NCBI GenBank assembly: GCA_001179505.1
Contig: CDMY01000835.1
Coordinates: forward strand, 1 to 16,198
DNA from: Vitrella brassicaformis CCMP3155
Lineage: Eukaryota; Protista; Chromerida
Direction: 5' to 3'
Length of the DNA: 16,198 nucleotides
Shown here piece after piece: positions 7,541-16,198 of the stretch. Below the pieces are notes generated by a model, which saw only the letters and a program-made list of their open reading frames with translations, searched no databases and was not told the DNA's origin. Within the stretch, counting starts at the first letter, position 1. Each line of letters starts with the position of its first letter. Both the position numbers and the translations under genes were made by a program.

Positions 7541-8822
7541 ATGGCCTCAGCGGAGCTCCGCGAGGCCATGAGCCGCCTCTCCCATCGCAATGCCACCCGT
7601 ATGCAAAGGAACAGAGAGCAGTTTTCTCTGCGCCTGTGTGCGCGTGTGCATGCGCGTGCATTGATGTGTTCTGGCAGGGTATGAGTCAAAGCCGAAGGAA
7701 GGCAACAGCGACTTCTCCTTCTATCGCCAGGGGCCCTCACCCACCGGTAGCTCCAGCGTTGACAGAAGCCGCTCACATGCTCATTGTGCTTACGCTGTCT
7801 GCAGACGCATCATGTCAGAGCCAGCCCACGGTCGCATCGAGCACCGACGGATGCGAAGTTGATGAGGCCCCCACCGTGGCCGCCACGGGTTTTGTCCGTG
7901 AGCGAGCGGCCTCCATTGAGTCAGCCTCTGCCCACCCAAAGGACAAGGGCAGGCAGCAGCAGCAGCAGCAGCAGGAGCAGGAGCAGGAGGATAAGAGGGC
8001 ACCAAGGCCGGCCACAGCCTCTGTGGATGGGTGTGGTGAGAAGGACGAGAAAATGGAGGGGCAGGGGAAGACTGACATCCAAGGAGGGGAGAAAAAGGGT
8101 CGGTCGGCTGCCCTGCCTGGAGGCACGCATGTGCATTGTCCCTCCATGTCCGTCGGTGTTGTTTTGCTCAGTCGAGTTGGCTTGGACGAGCACTATCGTG
8201 TTGTTTTCGCTGGCCTCTTCCGTTGCGAACCCTCTGCCCAAGACCGTCGAGCGACTGTCATTCCACGGCAGGTACAAAAAAGACATGCGATGAAGGGATT
8301 TTTCTCTCATCACGTACAACAGTGTCTTTCGCTCTCAGGGTGGAGAAGCGCGCGTATCTGTATTCGCTCCAAGATGCTGTCTCCAGCGCCAAGGAGAACT
8401 GGCTGCAGGTCAGGTCACCTGATTGATGCGATGCACATGTGTGTATGCAGGTCAGGCGCCAGTTGTCACTTGTGTGTCTGTGTTGGCTGGTTGGTGTGTC
8501 AGGCTGAAAGGGATGAGCTCGTGTATCTGTTGAGCAAGACAGACATGACCATCGAAGCGTTCAATCAACGGTACACGAGACACAGAGACACATGACCAAT
8601 GGAGTCAAGGGGCCTCATTGAGTGTCTTTGTGCAGGGTGCGGGATGCTGTGGAGAAGTCAGGGAGCAACGAGGGGTCCTCTCGAGAGGTCAGTTCGCGCA
8701 GGTCGCATACCAACCGCTCACTCACGCTTGCACGTCTACACTCCCCTGCTGTCTGCCCACAGGTGTTGGATGCGCAGCGAGACGCCATTCTGAAGACTTA
8801 CTACGAGAAGGGCTTCGAGTGA
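7541..8822 (+). CDS. Hypothetical protein, ~256 aa, 8 exons (7541-7598, 7678-7746, 7805-8098, 8172-8271, 8339-8408, 8503-8570, 8636-8687, 8763-8822)
   Basis: All seven introns are GT-AG and in phase. The N-half is low complexity with a polyQ/E tract; the C-half is helical-looking (VELAWTSTIVLF...AERDELVYLLSK...LKTYYEKGFE*). No family recognised. Confidence 0.7.
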
Positions 8823-9723
8823 ACACCAAAGCGCCCCCCAACAGCACGCCACATGCGTGTGTGTTCCGGGTTTTCACGACGGTCAGACCGATGCGCTCGA
8901 GAGATGCTACTCTGCGCATTCATCTCGTGTGGGGACGTCACAGCTTGCCGGCATATTGATTTATCGGGCTCTGCACGACACGACTGGTATATTTGTGTGT
9001 GTGGCGCGAAGACCACTCACTGCGTTTGTTTGCAAAAACTCAATGATTGATCACAAACAAGGGCGACCGTGGGTCTGTCTCACCTGATTGTCCATCCATC
9101 AATGCATTGTGTAGACAGACAGACGCGAGCACAGCCACGTTCAGACGCATCATTGCATTGACAGCCAGCCAGCCACATACAGATAAAGCAAACCATCCGT
9201 TTACATAGCGTCTAGTCTAGCTGGCTACGCCACGCTGCATTGCATTGCACTGTCCACACGGACCTCCCTCCCTCCCTCCCATCTTGTCCATCCACCCATC
9301 CATGAGCCTGCCTGCGGCCATCGGCTCTCTCGGAGAGGATGACAGCTGCAGAGCCCATGGAACGAGGGACGGAATACGACCAAGCAAACGAATCCACACA
9401 CACACACACACACACACATGCTGAGCAGCCAACCCATCGATGATCGATGACGCGAGCAGCCAGCCAGCCGGCCATTCGCGTGCAGAGTTGTATTGTGTTG
9501 GGTGAGAGTCAGTCATCCGGGGGCTTGGCAGCTCGCCGCCTCATCTGCAGCAAGCCCAACACATACATACACATGGGTGGAGGAGAGGTACAAATGGCGT
9601 ACAGGGATGGCATTAACATCGCATCACGTCCGTGCGTTTGCTAGGCGCGCTAGCTAGACAGCCAGCCAGCCAGCCAGCCAGCCAGAAGGCAACGAGAAAC
9701 GACCATTAAAAGGCGGAGCTACT

Positions 9724-9757
9724 CAGAAGGGGGGAGGGGTCAGAAAGGGGGAGGGGT
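9724..9757 (+). repeat. 17-bp tandem duplication creating a G-quadruplex motif
   Basis: CAGAAGGGGGGAGGGGT / CAGAAAGGGGGAGGGGT, giving G6-A-G4-N7-G5-A-G4 at 9729-9756. Confidence 0.6.
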
Positions 9758-10095
9758 GGAGGCTACGAGTGCTTGCCCTTGAGTAGAGGCAAGCTGCTGT
9801 CCTTACAAAGCTCTGTCTGTCGGTCCTTCTCTGTCTGTCTGCCTTATCGTCTCATATGCACTCACTGGTCTGAAAAATACATACAAGACGATCTACGTGT
9901 CGGTGCCTGCCTGCCTCTCTGTCTGTCTGCCGCAAAGCCTGCTTCCTATTTGCCTACCTGCCTGCCTGCCTGCCTGCCTCTCGCGTCTACGCACTCACAC
10001 CCCCCCAGGCACATGGACACGTCCATCTAGGCAGCTAGGCACCCACCCACACCCCCAGCCCACACGCATCGCATGTAGGTCATGTCATGTTTCGT

Positions 10096-13000
10096 TCAGC
10101 CACGCACCTTGGTGGGCCCCTCGCCTCCCGCCATGTCGGCAGCGCCGCCCTTGTGCGTGTCTTTCTCGCCATCCAGCACGCTCACCGGCACCTCGTCGCC
10201 ACCGCTCCCAACGTCCGTCTCCTTGGTCACAGTGCGCGCCGCCGTGCTATCCCCGCCGCCAACCCCAGTCTCCCCCTCGGCTGCACGCGGCCCCTCATTC
10301 GCTGCCTGGTGGCCAGATTGTGGCAGTTGGCTGTGTTGTTGGTTGTGCTGCTGGACCGCAGCGCCGCTCAAATTGGATCTGGCAGTGGGTGAGCCGCTGC
10401 TGCCCGTTGCCGAGTCCGTGTAGAGGGGCGGTGGGGTGTGGGTGGTCTGCGTGTGAGTGGGTGAGCCGCCCTTGGGGCTGCCGTGGTTGGGGGGCTCGAT
10501 CTTTTGCAGGCGGAGGTTGGATGAGACGAGCACGACGTAGGTGATGAGGTAGTAGGCCAGGAGGAGCAGCAGGAGAGAGATGCAGCAGCTGGCCACGGTG
10601 GTCTGGTCGAACGACAGACGGGCCAGCACCTCCTCGCCGGTGCGCAGGCAGCCCTGAATGGACACACACACACAGACACATATCAAAGAGAGAGACGTTA
10701 GGGTAAGTGTGTGTGTGTGTGTGTGTGTGCACCGGTTGGTCAGCATAGTCGCATTCGAACTTGAGCCCCGTGAATTCGTTGATGCAAAGGGCCTCAAAGC
10801 CCCACCTTGTGGGCAAAAAGGCCGACACGGGTACATGATATAGCACGACAACTGAGCAAACACGTCTGTGTGTACCTGATGAGCGAGATGTTGTCGAGCC
10901 ATCTGAAGACCCACGGAATGTTGTCGGGGTTGATGTAGTAGCCGCCGAAGACGATGAATATCACCATCACCGCAGGAGCTATCGCCATCGCTGCCTCATA
11001 GGACGGGCAAAACGCACTGATGCTGCACCGAAGACGCACACATGATGAGTACAGTGAGGCCGTGTGTGTGTGTGTGTGTGGCAGAACCGTACCAGAGTCC
11101 AAATGCCGATGCGACGAACGACTCGAGTGTGATGGTGGCGATGAAGAAGAGGAACCGCATGAACGAGGGATTCAGCCCCGCCAGCGGATACATCACCGCG
11201 CCGAAGAAACAAGGGAAAAACGCACCTATACACACACACAGACACACACACACAGACACACGTGTGGGCAGATGCCCACGCATCCCCTGTGTGCATTTCT
11301 CTCTCGTCGCACCCACCTATGGGCAGTTCTGCGGCGAGTTTGGCAATGAAGTAGGGCGTGACTCGGTAGAGCTTCGCCTCCCTCTCTCGAGTGACGACCT
11401 CCCTCTCCCGCACAAACACCGTGATGGTCTTGATCAGTGATGACATCGCACCATTGATCGCCGCTACCTGCACATAAACACACGCACATCCATCCATCCA
11501 TCCACTCATCCTGGATGTCCGATTATGGATCACCTGCAGGAGTCCGAGTCTGTCCTGAATGTGCGACTGGAAGTTCTGGATCCTGAAGAAGATCGAGCCG
11601 AACACGATGGCCGAGAACAGCGCGCTGCCGAACCGACTCTGGTTCGTAAACTTGTCCCGAGACACCTGACAAGATGACACACACATAGCCATTCACTCAT
11701 CCATCTGTGTGTGTGTGTGTGTGTGCACACCTGCCTCCAGGAGCGCATGAAGAGGAGTGCGAACTGCTCCCACAGTGGCGCCAGGGGGGCCGTGATGACT
11801 GACGGGCGGATGTTGAACGCCGAAGGGGCGCTGAAGAGCGTCCTGGGGGACAGACAGACACAATCGCACCCGCATAGATTGACTACAGTGGAGGGCGGGA
11901 TGTTCAGATTTGCCCACCCGCTCTTGATGGCCTCTTGGTGAATGGGGTTGCTGTCCCTGCAGGCGGTCACCAGCTGCTGCACGCGAGCACGGCTTGACTC
12001 CTCAGCCTAGCAGCACCACACCACACCCACCACAGATAGGCAGACATGCACGGTTCGTGTGTTTTGCGGGAATGCAATCAATCAAGTCGCTCTCACCTCG
12101 GTGGATGTGAAGTCGATGGAGGCCAGGTCGACGCAGAACTCAGCCAGGTTGTAGTTGGGCGGGCACTGGTGGCCCAGACGGCTGAAGTGCCCCACCATGT
12201 CGCTGGCCAGACCGCAGTACACCTGCACACACATGGTATTCGTTAGCTGGTAGAGTGTGTGTGTGTGTGCGTGTGTGTGTGTGGTTGTTGTGTCGGTTGG
12301 TTGACCTGCTCTCCCTCCGACAGGACGATGACGTCGTCGAACATGGTCCAGATGGAGCTGCGCGGCTGGTGGATGGACACTATCACCGTCTTGCCCTGGT
12401 CGTGAGCCAAGCTCCGCAGCGACGCCATCACACGCTCCGCCTGTCGACACACAGATCAACGTGCATCCCGCTGCACGGTGTGCCACTGCATATGCACCGT
12501 ACCTGAAAGGCATCGAGTCCCGTTGTTGGCTCGTCCGCGAAAATGACGGCAGGCGTGCCGACCAGCTCGCACCCTAGGCTGAGCCGCTTCTTCTCTCCTC
12601 CGCTGACCCCCCGCCTCTTATCGTCCCCCACCAGCGTGTTGGCGCACTTGGCCAGCCCCAGCTGGCTCAGCAGCTCGCCCACAAAGGCCTCCTTGTCGTT
12701 GGTCGAGTGCTTGGACGGCAGCCGCAGGCGCGCCGCCATGAGGACCGTCTCGTGGACGGTCAGCTGGCCGTAGAAGACGTCCTTCTGCTGCACGAAGGCC
12801 TGCCGGTGCGTGGACTTGGCGAGTGGGGTGCCGCCCACGATCACCTCGCCCGAGAGGGTCGCGCCCTTGACGTACGCCAGCTGGCCGGCCAGGGAGTGCA
12901 GCAGGGTCGTCTTGCCTGAGGGATCAATCAACACACACACAAACACAGACACAGCCACACACAAAACACAAGTGCATCCCTGAGTGACATGACTGCATGT

Positions 13001-13270
13001 GCTTAGCTGACCTGATCCGGATGGTCCGAGTATGGCCATGAGACATCCCGGCCTCGCCATGCCGCTGATCTCCTTCAAAATGCGGTGAGGCTGCGCCCCC
13101 TTCTTGGCGGGCAGGATGGAATAAGACAGCCGACGGAACTCAATGGTGAGTCCTGGCGCCTTGCTGCCGCCGCCGTATCCGCCATGCGTGGGGGTGAAGA
13201 CGGGCAGCAGGGGTTCCTTCTCGGCCACAGAGGGGTCGATGGCTATCTCGGGGGCTGCTGAGTCGCTCAT
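10096..13270 (-). CDS. ABCG: ABC transporter subfamily G (White-like half-transporter, NBD-TMD), ~775 aa, 12 exons (13012-13270, 12503-12915, 12306-12440, 12097-12222, 11918-12006, 11731-11842, 11534-11665, 11317-11467, 11093-11225, 10876-11022, 10733-10805, 10096-10653)
   Basis: Walker A GPSGSGKTT (spliced), signature VSGGEKKR, Walker B IFADEPTTGLD, H-loop SIHQP. ABC2-type TMD motifs QFALLFMRSWRQ, REREVVTRE, FGGYYINPDNIPWVFRWLDNISLIRWGFEALCINEF. All junctions are in phase; the 3' end is uncertain. Confidence 0.95.
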
Positions 13271-13650
13271 GCCGCTCTCACATGCAAATCACCTCGGATG
13301 ACTCAGACTCCCCAGGCTGTCGCAGGTGTCGTGTGGCTGCCTTGTCCTTTGGATCAGGAGCCGCGCTGACGCTTCTTGACGTCGCTGACGCCTGCTGACG
13401 CCGAACGACAATGTGACTTGGCCCACGGAATCTGGTCGCCCTTGCGAGATGAGCTGACTCAGGGGACGAAGCGCTTCGTCAGCAGCTGTACTGCAACGCC
13501 GAAGAAGGACTTGAGCGCGGGGAGGGATCTGCGAGCTTAGCTTGGAGGTGCGAGCTTGGCTTTGCAGGAGAGGGGGAGGAAAAGAGATCTGCTCTGTCTG
13601 CATCGCATAACGAGCAACCCATGACAAGTGTCAACTGATTCGGCCACCAC
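13271..13650. promoter_or_regulatory. Candidate bidirectional promoter / 5' UTRs between ABCG and the Hakai-like gene
   Basis: 380-bp gap between divergent start codons. Positional inference only. Confidence 0.3.
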
Positions 13651-15344
13651 ATGTTTCCACGCGGACCTCCTCGCCCCTTCCCGCCGCCTTACGATGTTCC
13701 CTACGACCATCAGGCGCCGCCATACGACAGCGGAATGGACGCCATGGGCTACGAGGGTCCGCCTTATGAGGGATCTGGACATTTCCGGCCTCCTCCCTCG
13801 TCTGGCGGATGGTACGAATGCAGTGGCTGTGTGATGCCGAGAGATAAATGTGACTCATGCGACTCATGGAACCCATGTGTGTGCAGGTTCCCCCGTCGCG
13901 GCCGTCCTCCCCCTCCCCCGCCACCCCCGCCGTCGAGTGTGAGGATCCAGGCGGTCGCTGCGACGGTCATCAAGGGCGTTGGTGGCGATGAGAGTGCCCT
14001 CACGCCATGCCCCAAATGTGGCGTGCCCATGGCTGTCAAGATCAGAATGGTCAGACGACATGGAGGGGATGGGAGAGGAAGCGATGGGACATGGAATGTG
14101 CGCGCATTGGCCGTTGCGTGTCTTCGCTCAGGCCCCGTGCTATCACGTCATGTGCGGAGCCTGCGGCCTCAAGTCAAAGGAGTCCAAGAAATGCATCGTG
14201 TAAGGCAGACAGCAAGATGCATGGCATGCACCAATGAACATGCGCAGCTCTAGCGATCGATGGAGTGGATCACCGATGTATGGGTGTCTGGTCTGCAGGT
14301 GCTACCAGCCCATCAAGTATATCGAGTCGCTCAGCCCCTCTGTGCGGTGGTACATCTGCAAGCGCTCCGGCAGGGCGTTCGCCACCGCCAAGGACCTGGC
14401 CTACAGCGACTTCATCGAGCACGGTCTCACGCAGCGGCTGATACGGCGCAAGAAGGCCCTGCTGCGCGAGCGGGTGGAGGGGCCCACCAGGAGGCCCAAG
14501 GCGCGCTGGGACAAGCAGGAGGACGACAGCCTGGACCCGGACGAAATGTTCAACTTTGAACGTGAGTGCCTGTGTGAGTGGGCCAGCAAGATCTGCTGGA
14601 TTTCATCGTCTGTGTCAGGTTTCCTCGAGGCCCCCGCTCCATCGCAGCCGTCTGCTGCTGCACCCGCCCCTCCCCCCCAGCCCCCACGCAAGCGCCCGGC
14701 CGACCAGGCATTCGAGTCGGGCTTCACGCATCCAGCAGCCAAGGAGCCCAAAGTGGAGGCTGCTGCGCCGAAGTACATGCCAGCGGCCAAGAGCAAACCC
14801 GCCGTCAAAGCGTGAGATCACCGAAAAGACACGGGAGGGTGTCTCTCCTTCGCTTGCACATGCCTGTGTGTGTGTGTGTGTGTGTGTGTGTCAGAGCCCC
14901 CATGAGGCCACCTGCTGCACAGCGACCGGCTCAGGCGACGGCCCCGCTTCCCCAGCTGGTCCCCGTTCCGCCCGCCCAGCCGGTGTCTGCGGGCGGTCTG
15001 TCACCCATCTCGCCTGGGTCAGGTCACTCACCTGAAGGGCCGCCGAAGGCAGGCGACATGATGATGGACGACCTGCTCGGACTGGCCAACCAGCAGCAAC
15101 AACAGCAACAGGTGTGTGGGTGTGGGTGTGGATGTGAAAGGGATGGAGGGGTCTCCTCCAGTGAGTGATGAAACCTTGTCTTGCCTTGTGTGTGTGCTGC
15201 GTCTATTTGTCTATCCATTATCAGCATGCGGGTGCCGCCGCGCCATCTGCAGCAGCCGGCGGCGGTGGTGCCAAGAAGGGCGGAATGACGATGGCCTCCA
15301 TGTTTGCCAATCAGGGCATGGGAGACGATGACTTCGACCTCTGA
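13651..15344 (+). CDS. CBLL1: Hakai/CBLL1-like C3HC4 RING E3 ubiquitin ligase, ~394 aa, 7 exons (13651-13811, 13887-14049, 14132-14199, 14299-14561, 14619-14811, 14895-15111, 15225-15344)
   Basis: The spliced RING reads CPKC-GVPMAVKIRMAP-CYHVMCGAC-x9-CIVC-YQPIKYIE. It has the C2-x12-C3 spacing and the P..RM.PC.HV.C..C and P...IE features of Hakai ([25 protein letters not shown]...CPGC.DPV.RIE, as recalled). Pro-rich flanks. Confidence 0.75.
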
Positions 15345-16056
15345 ATGAATGGATGACTGAGACAGACAGACAGACGGGAAACCACAGAAGGACGGGAGGT
15401 GTCTGCGTCTGGGTCGTGGCCGTGACGATCAATCGATCGATCGACCCTTGTCTTGTCTCGAGCTTGGTCGGGTGGATCATCGCCACACGGGCTTGTCACC
15501 ACACGAATCTTGGGTGTCGTGTGGTGATGGGTGTCAGCTGGAGGGATATGGGCAAGTGGAGGGAAGGAGGGATGCATGGAGGGTGGGTGATGGACAATGC
15601 TGCTGCTGTGTTGACTATCTGCTTCGATGGGTGGCTGGCCACCGTTCACTGCGGGGCGGGGATGTCTGATCATTCACTGGCTGGGGTTACTCGCCTGGTG
15701 CCAGATATCATGCCTTCGCACTGGACGGGAGGTCGCCTCTCCAATTGTATCAAGAAGGGATGCGCTCACCGTCGGTGAGACATTGAGTGAAAATCCAATC
15801 GTGTCATCGGTCTGTCTGTCCCGAACACATAGCCAGCGACATGCCCTCAATCGTAGGCAACCGTAGGCGGGCAGAGAAATGTTCGAAGTCTCAGTCAGGA
15901 TATAAAGTGTAGGCAGCGATGAAACAAACGAGACACTGCCCTCCACCCTCTTCACACACAGAGCCCCTCGCCCCACCGACCTGCTGAGCAACAGAACAGC
16001 ACCGGCACCCTTGTCTGCACACGCAGGACAGAGGACAGGCTCCTCGAGACATACAC

Positions 16057-16198
16057 GCCGGGCGGGTCGAGGGCCTCCATGGCCGACTTGGTGGCCGACC
16101 AGAAGTCCTCCCCGCTATCGACGCCCCCGCTATCGACGCCCTCCTCTTCGTCAGCCCAGCCGTACTCGAGCAGCGAGCCCGCCACGTCCCCCCAGTCG
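16057..16198 (-). CDS. Partial exon of an unidentified gene entering from the right edge
   Basis: GC3-rich open frame RLGDVAGSLLEYGWADEEEGVDSGGVDSGEDFWSATKSAMEALDPPG, followed by GT donors near 16056/16054. Downstream exons were not resolved. Confidence 0.5.
16111..16140. repeat. Perfect 15-bp in-frame tandem duplication (GVDSG x2)
   Basis: CCCGCTATCGACGCC twice. Confidence 0.9.

Noticed and set aside
13289-13627. 112-aa minus-strand ORF upstream of ABCG as an N-terminal extension
   Set aside because: It starts at a non-ATG codon, stops before the ABCG ATG, and I found no convincing in-phase splice; probably UTR or promoter.
1136-15344. Apparent excess of in-frame read-through introns
   Set aside because: 14 of the 42 modelled introns are multiples of 3, exactly the chance expectation of one third.
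15345-15950. Possible exons around 15660-15780 on either strand
   Set aside because: Splice-like sites are present, but no consistent frame or homology could be built.
1-16198. Most supplied ORFs, especially those with VCVCV, THTHT, DRQTDRQ or LSVCLSV runs
   Set aside because: They are translations of intronic microsatellites or antisense shadows of real exons.
1-16198. CRISPR arrays, tRNA/rRNA genes, prokaryotic operon signals
   Set aside because: None seen; the repeats are microsatellites or simple duplications in eukaryotic DNA.

Overview
Intron-dense eukaryotic genomic DNA. I modelled 42 introns of 55-113 nt, many carrying (GT)n, (GACA)n or (GGAT)n microsatellites; this style suggests an alveolate such as the chromerid Vitrella (inference only). 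Most single-frame ORFs in the supplied track are artefacts, so genes were rebuilt by hand from splice sites with frame checks. Left to right: (1) a decayed, intron-retaining fragment of a cytosolic leucyl-tRNA synthetase gene (+, ~307-640); (2) an orphan gene with a probable GC-AG intron (-, 1136-2214); (3) a 7-exon gene for a secreted protein with a phage-tail-type intramolecular chaperone/autocleavage domain (ICA, Peptidase S74) and an intact Ser-Lys dyad (-, ~3574-4751), lying between two ~330-350 bp direct repeats; (4) an LCM-family SAM methyltransferase (-, 5688-7313); (5) an orphan gene (+, 7541-8822); (6) a White/ABCG half-transporter (-, ~10096-13270); (7) a Hakai/CBLL1-like RING E3 ligase with a degenerate C2H2 module (+, 13651-15344); (8) a partial exon at the right edge. 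The standout is the secreted ICA-domain protein, whose passenger is only ~75 aa.
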